A DNA stretch of 46,213 nucleotides from Candidatus Babeliales bacterium (GTDB taxonomy: Bacteria > Patescibacteriota > Saccharimonadia > Saccharimonadales > UBA10212), in contig DATIIZ010000030.1 in the NCBI GenBank assembly GCA_035479215.1, positions 1 to 46,213 on the forward strand, read 5' to 3'. The position numbers and the translations under genes are program-made. The notes beneath the pieces are model-generated. The model searched no databases. It was not told the DNA's origin and worked only from the letters and a program-made list of their open reading frames with translations. Positions 9,107 through 18,761 of the stretch are shown here, piece by piece. Within the stretch, counting starts at the first letter, position 1. Every line of letters starts with the position of its first letter.

Positions 9107-9514
9107 TTATTTAGATTTATCAGCTGGTTGGAAAGCTAGGCACGCCGAGTTAACACAATAGTGCTTCCCAGATGATATCGAATCATCATCGAAAACGTGT
9201 CCTAAATGTCCTCCACAATTTTTACAGTTTATCTCCACTCTGTGCATGCCGAAACTATAGTCGTCTTTGAGTTCTACGGCATCGCTTTGAGCTACTTCTG
9301 CGAAGCTAGGCCAGCCTAGTAGAGTAGGAATAGAAGACTCTTCTTTAGAATCGCTCTGGAACAAAACAGTTCCACAATTAATGCATTCATAGATGCCTTT
9401 TTCATCGTGGTTCAAGTACTTACCCGTGAACGGAACTTCAGTGCCTTGGTTAAAAAGAATTTCTTCTTGCTCTTTTGTCAGATTCGGATTAATCTTTCTA
9501 GGTTTATTCGTCAT
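9107..9514 (-). CDS. msrB: peptide-methionine (R)-S-oxide reductase MsrB
   Basis: Two CxxC pairs (CINCGTVLF, CKNCGGHLGHVFDD) and GWPSF. A TATAAG -10 lies 8 nt from the ATG. Confidence 0.9.
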   Translation of the reverse strand: MTNKPRKINPNLTKEQEEILFNQGTEVPFTGKYLNHDEKGIYECINCGTVLFQSDSKEESSIPTLLGWPSFAEVAQSDAVELKDDYSFGMHRVEINCKNCGGHLGHVFDDDSISSGKHYCVNSACLAFQPADKSK

Positions 9515-9557
9515 TCATTGTCCTTATATTCGGTAATTTTCCTTATATATTGTAAAC

Positions 9558-11177
9558 TTACATCTTTTCTGGGGCTGTGATATTTAGCAAACTCAGGCCG
9601 TTTGAAAGGACATCTTTGTAGGATTTGACCAGTTTGAGTCGCAGGGCTTCTCGCTCATCACCGATAATCCGGCTTTTTTCGTAAAAACTATTGAACGTTT
9701 GGGCTAGCTCATACAGGTAAGTGGCGATATGGTGCGGTATTAGCTCGGCGGCGGCTTTTTCGACTACCTCCTGATATTCGCTGATTTTACGGGCCAAGCT
9801 GCGTTCGTTTTCATCAAATTCGATTTGAGCATCGGTGCTCATAGTGCCAGCTGCTTTAGATAAAATACTGGCCGCCCTGGCGTGGGCATATTGTAGGTAG
9901 GGTCCACTGTTGCCTTCCAGGCTGACAGATTCTTTAACATCGAAGGTAATGTCACCACCCAGACGAGCTTTCAAGAAATCATATTTCAGAGCGGCCAGTG
10001 CTGTATCGTTATCCTGTCCAGACTCTGGAAATTGCTGTTGGACCGCCTGGTGGACCTCATTTATCAAATCTTCGGCACTGTAGACGTCACCGGTTCGGCT
10101 GCTCATCTTGCCGGAAGATAGGTTCACGAAGCCGTGGGCCAGATGAGTAGTTTTCTTAGCCAAAGCGTGGTCTATCTCGCCTAAGGCCGCTAACATCACT
10201 TTGAAATATTCAGTCTGCTCAGTTGCGGTAATAACGATAGAGCGACTGGATTGCGGGAAATCTTGATGTTTCAGCTGCACCAGTCCGAGATCTTTTGTCT
10301 CATAGGTCGGCAGGCCTTTGGAGGTTATAAAGACTCTAGTATGCAAGCCTATCTTCTTGCCATCATAGATAACTGCTCCCTGGCTTTCCTGGAAAACTTT
10401 GCCAATATTGGCTTTAACTGTCTTAAGTCCGGGTTCGATAGTCTCACTTTCCAGATAGCGCTTATCTGTAGAAATACTTAACAAGTCAAGTATTTTATCA
10501 AAATAATCGAAGGACTCTTTAACCCCAACTCGATGAAGCTCATTTATTTCCGGATCATTTCCATCGTAAACCGCTAGGTTAATAGCATCAATTCTCTCTT
10601 TAGCGGCCGGAATGCTAGCGTACTTTTCAGCGCCTAGAGCATAAGCTAACCCTAAAGTTGCTCCCTCTCCGAGTTCTAGCTGGCCATAAATGGCTCTTGC
10701 CACGTGCAAGCCTACGTCACCGTGGTAGCTCAGCCGCCTTACGGTAGCGCCACTAACCTCAAATAGCCTCGAAATCGCAGCGCCGACAATGTAGCTATAA
10801 AGGTGGCCGATGTGCATCTGCTTGAAGGGATTTGGATCACCAAATTCGACTAGGATTTCCTGCCCGCTCAAAGGCTTTTCCAGATTTATCTCCGAGAAGG
10901 CGCCTTCAGCCAAGGCTTCGTCTGTCAGCCTGAAGTTAATAAAACCAGGACCGGCGACGGACACATCCTTTATACCCGGCAGACTTTTTAACTCCGCGGC
11001 TAACTGCTGGGCTATCTGACTGGGACTAGCGGCAGCATTCTTTGCTAGCTGCAAAGCCGCATTGGTGGCATAATCGCCGAATTTCTCATCTGGGCGGGAA
11101 ATTACCGGCTCAGTATCGGTATCAAAAATCTTCTGGCCGGCTTCTTTAACGGCTTTTTTTAACTCCTTAAGCAGCAT
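9558..11177 (-). CDS. argS: arginine--tRNA ligase
   Basis: Class I HIGH motif (MHIGHLYS), ArgRS-like anticodon-binding C-terminus ending in M, 539 aa. TGaTATTAT lies 6 nt from the ATG. Confidence 0.92.
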   Translation of the reverse strand: MLLKELKKAVKEAGQKIFDTDTEPVISRPDEKFGDYATNAALQLAKNAAASPSQIAQQLAAELKSLPGIKDVSVAGPGFINFRLTDEALAEGAFSEINLEKPLSGQEILVEFGDPNPFKQMHIGHLYSYIVGAAISRLFEVSGATVRRLSYHGDVGLHVARAIYGQLELGEGATLGLAYALGAEKYASIPAAKERIDAINLAVYDGNDPEINELHRVGVKESFDYFDKILDLLSISTDKRYLESETIEPGLKTVKANIGKVFQESQGAVIYDGKKIGLHTRVFITSKGLPTYETKDLGLVQLKHQDFPQSSRSIVITATEQTEYFKVMLAALGEIDHALAKKTTHLAHGFVNLSSGKMSSRTGDVYSAEDLINEVHQAVQQQFPESGQDNDTALAALKYDFLKARLGGDITFDVKESVSLEGNSGPYLQYAHARAASILSKAAGTMSTDAQIEFDENERSLARKISEYQEVVEKAAAELIPHHIATYLYELAQTFNSFYEKSRIIGDEREALRLKLVKSYKDVLSNGLSLLNITAPEKM

Positions 11178-11213
11178 ATGTTAATAATATCAGTTCTTAA
11201 GCCTGATTAGATC

Positions 11214-11885
11214 TTAGGAGTAGAAAACCAGCCATTGCGGGCTGGAAATTATATTCTGGACCCTAAACTGGACATCCTTTAGTATTTTCTCGCGGTCTTC
11301 AGCGCTAGTACCGACCACATTTAAAGCTACCAGTGGCTCGTGGACGTTAAAACCGCAAAAAGCCAGCGTCGTGTGATTTATCGGGTAAAGTAACTGGTTA
11401 GCGGTTGCCCGGTGTCGCCCCTGCTGCTGGAAATAACTCTCCGGCTGGCCGGCGGCAGCGAACAGCATGGCCTGCTTACCCCTTAATAATCCATTTTCAT
11501 AGATATTTTCGTTATCCCAGGCCACACCCATAGCCAAGACTCTATCGAACCAGCCTTTCAATATGGCCGGAACGCTCATCCACCATAAAGGCGTGAAAAA
11601 GAGGACCAAATCCGCGGCTTTTACTTTCTGAATTTCACCGAGGATATCCGGGGAAAAGGACATCTCCAGGTTGGCGGCATGTTTTTGCTCAGTCATATAG
11701 TTAAAATGCCCGCCACTGATAGTTACGAAATCCCATTTCTGGGCCACAGCGCTGAAGCCTTGGGCGTATAAGTCACTGACAACCACTGAATGGTTCGCGG
11801 CTTCCAGAGTCTGTAGGGCCACGTTCTTCATGGCCGTAGTAAAACTACTCGGCTCATGATGCGCGTAAACAATAAGTATATTCAC
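11214..11885 (-). CDS. flavodoxin-like fold NAD(P)H dehydrogenase (quinone)-type protein
   Basis: MNILIVYAHHEPSSFT...ADLVLFFTPLWWMSVPAILKGWFDRV matches the NQO1/Flavodoxin_2 pattern. Confidence 0.7.
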   Translation of the reverse strand: MNILIVYAHHEPSSFTTAMKNVALQTLEAANHSVVVSDLYAQGFSAVAQKWDFVTISGGHFNYMTEQKHAANLEMSFSPDILGEIQKVKAADLVLFFTPLWWMSVPAILKGWFDRVLAMGVAWDNENIYENGLLRGKQAMLFAAAGQPESYFQQQGRHRATANQLLYPINHTTLAFCGFNVHEPLVALNVVGTSAEDREKILKDVQFRVQNIISSPQWLVFYS

Positions 11886-11952
11886 CCAGCCCCCTAATGC
11901 TTAGGCTAATTGTAGCTTAAAGCTAGAGCTATACTCAAGTTGTGCTTCGTCT

Positions 11953-12399
11953 TTAAACGCCGATTGGTCGAACGGCTTGGTCCTGTAGGCGAAAAATCAT
12001 CTGGCTAATCTTCCAGGTGCCAGTACTGGTTTTGACTAAGATGTAGTCTATAGTGCCACGGACTGTCCAAACATAACGGTCGCCGCGATCAGCGACATAA
12101 TGCAGGTGCTCTACAGAAGTGCTTACCTTGGCCCGGCGTGAACTTACCATGCGGACAGCCACCCTTTTGATGAAGTGCCTGGTGGCGTAAAAATAACTGC
12201 CAATTTCGCGTCTCCAACCATCAATAAGCCGCTTTTTAGGAATAACTGAGGGCATCTCGCCACTCAATGCTTTATTATCAACAAAGGGTTTTTTTACAAA
12301 ATAATCCTCTAGTCGTTCCCACTGTTTTAAATCCTGAAGCTGGGAAACACTAGCAACAATCTCTTTAATCAGTTCTTTGTCGTTGGTGACTTCGCTCAT
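11953..12399 (-). CDS. SnoaL/NTF2-like fold protein (tentative)
   Basis: 148 aa, called from size and pattern only. Confidence 0.45.
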   Translation of the reverse strand: MSEVTNDKELIKEIVASVSQLQDLKQWERLEDYFVKKPFVDNKALSGEMPSVIPKKRLIDGWRREIGSYFYATRHFIKRVAVRMVSSRRAKVSTSVEHLHYVADRGDRYVWTVRGTIDYILVKTSTGTWKISQMIFRLQDQAVRPIGV

Positions 12400-12566
12400 A
12401 GTGGAACTCCTTATTTAGTTTTGGTATTGGCGCAAAATTATTGTCGCAAGCCTACCTGAAAAATAGCTAAGAACTTGGACTTTGGCGGTAAGATTTTTTA
12501 CTGTTTATGTTTTTTCCTGCCGCTCTATTAATTATACACCCAGCTAAAAGCACCAAGCCAAAAGGC

Positions 12567-13298
12567 TTATTTTGTTGAGATACTTTGGCCGGCATCGACA
12601 ACAATTTCCGCCCCAGTGATTGCGTCAGTCAAGTGCGTAAGAAAGTGGCATGCTGCCGCCACATCCTCTGGCTTTGCAAAGCGCTCCAAGAGAGTTTCTC
12701 TTTTAAGAGAATCAAAATCCTTTGGCTCTTTTTTTGTTCGAGGCGTTTCAATTGTCCCCGGCAATATCGCGTTAACTCGTATCCCAGGAGATAGGCTTCC
12801 CGCGAGTTCACGAGTTAGGCCTAGTAGTCCTGCTTTGGCGGCGCTATAGACGGTAAGATGATAGCTTTTTAGTGCGTTGATTGAAGAAACAAAAACTATA
12901 CTCCTGTCCGTTGTTATATCTTCCGGCCGCATTAAATATTTTGTCAATAGGATGTGACTCACCAGGTTTAGCTTAATAGAATCTTCGATTGTTTGATCAG
13001 GTATTAGTTCGAGTTTTGACCATTCGTTGTGGAGCGCCCCTCCCGCAAGACTAATAAGATGGCTGAAATGAACATCTCTTGATTGGAAACCTTCTGCGGC
13101 TGAGATTATTTCACTAACTTTAGTAACATCTATTTGTATTAGCTCGACATTTTCTGCTAGAGATTCATTAGCTAACGGTTTTTGATCGATAACAACGACA
13201 CTGGTGTTTGGTAATTTTGCATACTGGTTTACAATAGCAGCACCTATCCCACCAGACCCCCCAACTATGCATATGTATTGCTGTTCCATCACCCTCAT
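12567..13298 (-). CDS. short-chain dehydrogenase/reductase (SDR)
   Basis: Glycine-rich IVGGSGGIGAAI and catalytic YSAAK. Confidence 0.8.
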   Translation of the reverse strand: MRVMEQQYICIVGGSGGIGAAIVNQYAKLPNTSVVVIDQKPLANESLAENVELIQIDVTKVSEIISAAEGFQSRDVHFSHLISLAGGALHNEWSKLELIPDQTIEDSIKLNLVSHILLTKYLMRPEDITTDRSIVFVSSINALKSYHLTVYSAAKAGLLGLTRELAGSLSPGIRVNAILPGTIETPRTKKEPKDFDSLKRETLLERFAKPEDVAAACHFLTHLTDAITGAEIVVDAGQSISTK

Positions 13299-13344
13299 AT
13301 TCTACTCCTCTCAGTAGATACTTTTGCACAAAGCCTCTTTTCAA

Positions 13345-13435
13345 TGGCGGAGGGACAGGGATTCGAACCCTGGATACCCTTGCGGGTAAACCGCCTTTCC
13401 AAGGCGGCGCCATAGACCAACTAGGCGACCCCTCC
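13345..13435 (-). tRNA. tRNA-Ser (anticodon GGA), CCA encoded
   Basis: The reverse complement is GGAGGGGTCGCCTAGTTGGTCTATGGCGCCGCCTTGGAAAGGCGGTTTACCCGCAAGGGTATCCAGGGTTCGAATCCCTGTCCCTCCGCCA. The anticodon loop is UUGGAAA, with a long variable arm and a GGTTCGAATCC T-loop. Confidence 0.9.
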
Positions 13436-13626
13436 GTGCAAGGTTATTTTAACAGATTAGTACCTCTGATTTTTTTACAACCTTTTTTCTTTGCTCTGCA
13501 ACATATCAGAAGCGTAGACTAAAGGAATAGAGACTGTGGGGTTTTTTGGGATGTTTCTCACGAGAAGGGTGTGGGTTAGTTTAGGTGACCCGCGGCGCTT
13601 TATAAAATTAAACAAGAGGAAAATAA

Positions 13627-14502
13627 GTGGCACTAATCGAACTTGATGAAGTATCAAAACTCTACGGCTTTGGCGATGCCACAACTTTGGCGCTTGATGA
13701 AGTAGCCCTATCTGTAGAAAAAGGTGAATTCGTGGCGGTGATGGGCCCCTCCGGCAGTGGAAAGACTACTCTGATGAATGTTATCGGACTATTGGATAAG
13801 CCGACTCATGGTAACTACCATCTTGATAAACGACTCGCATCGCGTTTAAGTGCCAACCAACAGGCCAAACTTAGGCGGGATTATATCGGCTTTGTGTTCC
13901 AATTTTATAACCTCCTGCCAAGGTTGAATGTATTGGATAACGTTTCCCTCCCCTTGGCCTATAAAGGCATGACTCCAGTCAGGCGGGCTAAACGGGCTAG
14001 CGATATTCTGGAATTGGTCGGAATGCGGGACCGTGAATATTTTTACCCCGGCCAGCTATCCGGCGGACAAGCTCAAAGGGCTGCCATTGCTCGGGCCCTG
14101 ATTAACAAACCTAGTATCATAATTGCCGACGAACCGACCGGCAACCTAGATAGCCACGACAGCCGGGTGGTGATGGAGCTTTTAGCCGAAATCCATCGCC
14201 AAGGCAACACCATCCTGTTAGTGACCCACAACCCTGAACTGACTCGTTATGCCAGCCGAGTGATTTATATGTATGACGGAACGATTGTCGGTGATGAGAA
14301 AACGGCCATCGGGCACATGGCCAAACACGCCAAACGGATCTTTTTCAGAAAACCCCGGACGACCGAAAACGATATCGCTGCCGGAGTGTCAGCCTTGCTC
14401 AAAGACGTACCCGGCCGGGAGGTGACGGATAGAGGGCAGAAAAGAAAAGCAACCGGTAAAAAGAAAAACCTGGCCAAAAGAGTCAGAAGAGGCCGCCAGT
14501 AA
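13627..14502 (+). CDS. ABC transporter ATP-binding protein (MacB/LolD-like) with a Lys/Arg-rich C-terminal tail
   Basis: Walker A GPSGSGKTT, signature LSGGQAQR, Walker B IIIADEPT, GTG start. The tail is RGQKRKATGKKKNLAKRVRRGRQ. Confidence 0.9.
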   Translation: MALIELDEVSKLYGFGDATTLALDEVALSVEKGEFVAVMGPSGSGKTTLMNVIGLLDKPTHGNYHLDKRLASRLSANQQAKLRRDYIGFVFQFYNLLPRLNVLDNVSLPLAYKGMTPVRRAKRASDILELVGMRDREYFYPGQLSGGQAQRAAIARALINKPSIIIADEPTGNLDSHDSRVVMELLAEIHRQGNTILLVTHNPELTRYASRVIYMYDGTIVGDEKTAIGHMAKHAKRIFFRKPRTTENDIAAGVSALLKDVPGREVTDRGQKRKATGKKKNLAKRVRRGRQ

Positions 14503-15713
14503 TGCTAAATGGCAACCTCAAAACAGCGTTTTCCAGTTTACGTCAGAGCCGCTGGCGCACAACTTTCACTATGATGGGCATAATCATCGGCATCAGTTCG
14601 GTAGTAACTATCGTCAGCCTAGGAGAAGGTTTAAAGCACCAAATATCCGGACAGATTAACCAGCTTGGCGGTAATGTAATAACAGTCAGACCGGGAAAGC
14701 TGAGCACCAAAAGCGGGATAAGTCTGTATTCATTCCTGGCTCCGAGTACCTTGACTATGAAGGACGTTAATTCGATTTCCGCCAATCAGTCTATTGAAGA
14801 TACTGCTCCAATCGAGTTTGTAACTAGTTCTGTGAGGGCAGATAACGCAGAACTTAATAATGTTTTTGTAGCTGGCAGCAGCCCGAAGCTAGGGAAGATA
14901 CTCCACCAAAAAATAGATTATGGAGACTTTTTTTCTGATGATGACACCACCAATAAGGTCGCAGTGATCGGCAGCGGCATAGCGTCCAAGCTATTCAATC
15001 TGATAAATCCAGTCGGAGAGACATTGAATATTAACGGCCAGGACTTCATAGTCCACGGCGTGATGGCTCCCAACGAAAGCAGTATGCTGTCGGTTTATCA
15101 GGCTGATTTAAATACCGCTATATTTATACCAACTGGCGCCGCAGAAGATCTAGGTTCCGGACACACTAATATCTTGCAGATCTTAGTTAAGCTGAAGCCA
15201 GGTAGTGATGTCGATAAGGCCACAAACGGTATACACCAAACTATTTTAAAGAACCATGGGGGAGCCGATGACTTTACGGTATTGAAACAAAATCAGCTGC
15301 AAGCCGTCTCCAGCGAGGTTGTCAGCACGGCCACCAGCTTTATTTCGGCTATCGCCGCCATTTCTTTGATTGTCGGCGGTATCGGGATTATGAACATCAT
15401 GCTGGTGAGCGTAACTGAGCGAACCCGCGAAATCGGTATACGCAAAGCTGTGGGCGCCACCAACCGGCAGATTCTAAACCAGTTCTTAGTGGAAGGGCTA
15501 GTGCTCAGCTTAGGCGGCGGAGCAATCGGCCTAGCATTGTCCTATCTGATTAATTTGCTGCTAAGGCTATATAGCGACTGGAAGCCGGTAATTTCCGTAC
15601 CGGTGTTACTGTTGGCACTCGCCGTTTCCGTGCTAACCGGAGTCTTATTTAGCCTGGCACCAGCCCTCAAAGCTGCCCGCAAAGATCCAATCGCCGCCCT
15701 CCGCGGCGAGTAG
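14502..15713 (+). CDS. ABC transporter permease (MacB/FtsX-like)
   Basis: The N-terminal TM, large periplasmic domain and C-terminal FtsX region (ERTREIGIRKAVGAT) fit the family. Its start overlaps the upstream stop. Confidence 0.88.
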   Translation: MLNGNLKTAFSSLRQSRWRTTFTMMGIIIGISSVVTIVSLGEGLKHQISGQINQLGGNVITVRPGKLSTKSGISLYSFLAPSTLTMKDVNSISANQSIEDTAPIEFVTSSVRADNAELNNVFVAGSSPKLGKILHQKIDYGDFFSDDDTTNKVAVIGSGIASKLFNLINPVGETLNINGQDFIVHGVMAPNESSMLSVYQADLNTAIFIPTGAAEDLGSGHTNILQILVKLKPGSDVDKATNGIHQTILKNHGGADDFTVLKQNQLQAVSSEVVSTATSFISAIAAISLIVGGIGIMNIMLVSVTERTREIGIRKAVGATNRQILNQFLVEGLVLSLGGGAIGLALSYLINLLLRLYSDWKPVISVPVLLLALAVSVLTGVLFSLAPALKAARKDPIAALRGE

Positions 15714-15714
15714 G

Positions 15715-16524
15715 TTAGATGGCTTTATTCGTACGGTAAGTCTTTTCTTTTGGTTTATAGCGAAAGCCTTTTAGGTAGTGCTGGGAATAATACGGTTCTT
15801 TTCCTATGGCATTCAGTACATCCTGGTAAGTATCGATAGCAAAGTGTTCTTCGCCGAAACGATTGCCGTCTACATCGTGCAGAATCAACAGCGATAAAAC
15901 CGCCGCACTTGAAAGTAAGACGGCCACTAAAGATGATTCCAACCCTGGGCCTCTTAGCACAAAAAGTGAAGCTACGATAATCGTAGACAGTGTGTACAAC
16001 AAAGCTGACGAGATATGATTCACGATACTTGCTCCGACTATGGTCGTTTCCCTGCGGGCTTGGGCGATGTAGTACATTGCCTCCGCGATATAATTGATGG
16101 CCGCACTTTCTCCGTCGGACTTACCCTTCGCGCCTTTTAGGACATCGAAAATCTCAAAAAACTCTTTGGTAGTCGGTTCGGGGTAATCCTTAACCTCATA
16201 ATCAAAGCGTTTAATAATGTACTTATCAATCCGTTCACGAGTCTCATCCAATTTCGCTGGGATAGAAAGTTTAACTATATGGTAAATGGCTATCAAAGCG
16301 CCTGTTTCAGTTGCCACCAGTGTTTTTAACCTTGATAAATTACTCATCGCACTAGATATATAAAAGCCTATCAATATGGAATAGAAGATTGCTGTAGCTC
16401 CCAGGACGTTTGATACATCCGGTCCCGCCTGTCGGATAGGTAATAGCCAGGCAACCAGACAAAAAGCGGCAAAAACAATCAAACCTTTCCACGCCGGATG
16501 CAAGTGGCGCAGCCAATATTCCAT
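15715..16524 (-). CDS. multi-pass membrane protein, function unknown
   Basis: Several hydrophobic segments; no motif recognised. Confidence 0.55.
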   Translation of the reverse strand: MEYWLRHLHPAWKGLIVFAAFCLVAWLLPIRQAGPDVSNVLGATAIFYSILIGFYISSAMSNLSRLKTLVATETGALIAIYHIVKLSIPAKLDETRERIDKYIIKRFDYEVKDYPEPTTKEFFEIFDVLKGAKGKSDGESAAINYIAEAMYYIAQARRETTIVGASIVNHISSALLYTLSTIIVASLFVLRGPGLESSLVAVLLSSAAVLSLLILHDVDGNRFGEEHFAIDTYQDVLNAIGKEPYYSQHYLKGFRYKPKEKTYRTNKAI

Positions 16525-16556
16525 GCCTGGATTATAGCACTAGCGTTTTAAGAAAG

Positions 16557-17585
16557 TTATCCGAGTTCTTTTTTGAATTTTTCAACTAACTCGACGGGTG
16601 CCGGGTTGACACCATTCAGCAAACCTAAATATATTGTGACGAAATCGCCAAAGGCTACGGTCCATAATAGCTGCTCCAGGATGTTTTTACCTTGGGCTTG
16701 GACCACATGGGCGGCGGGCCGCTTACCGGATAAAAGTTTATCGGACAGCTCAAAACGTTGTTGTATCCTGGGATGCTCTAAATTGGAGCGAAGATCGACT
16801 ACTTTGTATGGCTTTTGGATGGGGTGGCTGCTCCAACCGATGAACTCATTATGGTTGAATTCTGGGTACTCATTCCACCAGGCTACATTTTTAGCATTTT
16901 CATTAAAATTTATTTTCCATTTGTAGGCAGCTGGGGCCAACAGCGGCCCAGCATAAATAACCGGCGAGCTGCCAGCCATTTCCATTGCCAATTTTTTGGC
17001 AGGGCTTTTTTCGGTTGGAACAGTTGCAACCCAACCCTTAACGGACTCCTTTAAAAAATCACTTGTTTGGGTTAACTGCCTGGGCGTGTCTTGCTCGTTA
17101 AGTAATCCGGCTTCTTCCAAAATCGCCATATGGGCTCCCAACATGTAAAAAACTGCGTAGCGCGGCTGTTCGGCTTTAGGAATCTTCAGAAAGTGATAGT
17201 TTTTTTCGGTAGCGATTTCTTCAAGTTTACCGCCGCCGGCTATTATAGCAATCACTGCACCTTTGTCTTCGGCTTCAGACAACGCTGACAGCGTTTCTTC
17301 CGTGTTACCTGAATAGCTCGAAGCCACAAATAGTGTCTTAGGCCCCACGTACGCTGGTACATGGTACTGACGACAAACTTCAAACGGAAGATTATAACCC
17401 GGCCAAGTCCGGCTTAAAATCGCCGGTAGAGCTGAGCCGCCCATAGCCGCAAAGACGATATTTTCAAACTGGCCCTCAATTTTCGGGGTTTCAAATTCGT
17501 GTTCTAACTGCCGGGCTTGGCGCTCGGCAATTCCTAGGGCATCTTGCCCGTCACGCTGATGGATATATTTCAGATCATCAAGCAT
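16557..17585 (-). CDS. SIS-domain bifunctional phosphoglucose/phosphomannose isomerase-type protein
   Basis: MGGSALPA and SYSGNTEE SIS motifs; 342 aa is typical of the PGI/PMI family. Confidence 0.7.
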   Translation of the reverse strand: MLDDLKYIHQRDGQDALGIAERQARQLEHEFETPKIEGQFENIVFAAMGGSALPAILSRTWPGYNLPFEVCRQYHVPAYVGPKTLFVASSYSGNTEETLSALSEAEDKGAVIAIIAGGGKLEEIATEKNYHFLKIPKAEQPRYAVFYMLGAHMAILEEAGLLNEQDTPRQLTQTSDFLKESVKGWVATVPTEKSPAKKLAMEMAGSSPVIYAGPLLAPAAYKWKINFNENAKNVAWWNEYPEFNHNEFIGWSSHPIQKPYKVVDLRSNLEHPRIQQRFELSDKLLSGKRPAAHVVQAQGKNILEQLLWTVAFGDFVTIYLGLLNGVNPAPVELVEKFKKELG

Positions 17586-17641
17586 TAGCTTATTTGATTA
17601 CCTTTCCCTGCATGTCTATAATTGTAAATGATTTACAGTAA

Positions 17642-18157
17642 ATGGACTCAATAAAACCTAAAAAAGAGGGTGGCATGTTCGGTATCAACGATAACAATAC
17701 ACAAGCTGACAATGCGAACGACCCAAAACCGGTCAGTGCACCCAGTGAAACGCCTCAGAATCCGTTCGGAGACAGTCCAGATATGGTTCCACCCCCACCA
17801 CCTCCAACACTCCAGCCGAGTGCACCAGTTCCGGCTCCTGTGCCAAGCCCATCAGCGACTTTCACCCCGGCACCCACTTCTCCATCAGCTGACGATTCGC
17901 TATTGGATTTAAAAGAACAAGCTTTAAAAAATCTTCAGCCGCTGGTCAGCCATCTGGACCAGACGCCGGAAGAGAAGTTCAAAACTACCATGATGCTTAT
18001 CCAAGCATCTGATGATTCTTCACTGGTCGGACAAGCTTACGAAGCGGCCAATGCCATCCCGGATGAGAAAGCCCGCGCCCAGGCATTGCTGGACGTAGTA
18101 AACGAAATAAATTATTTCACGCACAAGAATAACGGCGATACCGAAGCTAAATCCTAG
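17642..18157 (+). CDS. proline-rich hypothetical protein
   Basis: Contains PPPPPPTLQPSAPVPAPVPSPS. An alternative start at 17675 (MFGIN) has the better SD (AGAGGGTGG). Confidence 0.5.
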   Translation: MDSIKPKKEGGMFGINDNNTQADNANDPKPVSAPSETPQNPFGDSPDMVPPPPPPTLQPSAPVPAPVPSPSATFTPAPTSPSADDSLLDLKEQALKNLQPLVSHLDQTPEEKFKTTMMLIQASDDSSLVGQAYEAANAIPDEKARAQALLDVVNEINYFTHKNNGDTEAKS

Positions 18158-18161
18158 GCTT

Positions 18162-18617
18162 TTAAGCCTTACTGAATCTCCTGACTTTAATCAGGTAGTG
18201 CAGGCCACCGGCCGCTAGACTGGCGCCAACAAAAACTGCGGCGACATCACCGGGGCCGTTATTGGGTAAGGTATTGTTGGTTTTCGTGCCAGAAGATCCG
18301 GTTGTCGGATTGTTGGGGCTAGTAGGAGCATTAACATTTCCGCTCGATTGAGTATTTTGCTGACTCTGAGTCGATTGCTCTTTGGAAACATTAGGCGATA
18401 GCGTCGTTTGGCCACTAGATGTAGTCGTCGGGTTTTTTCCGCTATCTTGGACAGAGTGGTAAATCCAACGGGCTAACAAGACGAATAAAATTACGATCAC
18501 CACTGCCAGTAAGAAAAATAAAATCATGCGTAGCAATGACGGCCTGTTACTGATACTTACCTCTCGTACAGGAACAGTGTCAGTCTCAACCTCATCTGAT
18601 TCAATCAGCTTGTCCAA
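18162..18617 (-). CDS. Ser/Thr/Asn/Gln-rich surface protein with a sortase-like C-terminal sorting signal
   Basis: TTG start 5 nt after AAGGGAGG, with an N-terminal TM. The C-terminus is LPNNG followed by the hydrophobic stretch VAAVFVGASLAAGGLHYLI and the basic tail KVRRFSKA. Confidence 0.55.
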   Translation of the reverse strand: MDKLIESDEVETDTVPVREVSISNRPSLLRMILFFLLAVVIVILFVLLARWIYHSVQDSGKNPTTTSSGQTTLSPNVSKEQSTQSQQNTQSSGNVNAPTSPNNPTTGSSGTKTNNTLPNNGPGDVAAVFVGASLAAGGLHYLIKVRRFSKA

Positions 18618-18672
18618 AAGTACCTCCCTTCGTCATCAAAACTTATATCATAAAATTGCTATATGGGCTAAT

Positions 18673-18700
18673 AAAAATCCCACTTATTAGTGGGATTTTT
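18673..18700 (-). terminator. intrinsic terminator downstream of groEL (symmetric A-run/T-run)
   Basis: AAAAATCCCAC-TTATTA-GTGGGATTTTT. Confidence 0.75.
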
Positions 18701-18761
18701 ACGAACCAGTCTGCTATTTTTGTGGGGTGAGTAAGAAACCCCGAAGGGGTGTCTTATCTTT

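Noticed and set aside
13168-13413. 81-aa ORF overlapping tRNA-Ser(GGA), and the ORFs at 31366-31596 and 31403-31615 overlapping tRNA-Ser(CGA)
   Set aside because: They run antisense through clear tRNA genes and are artefacts.
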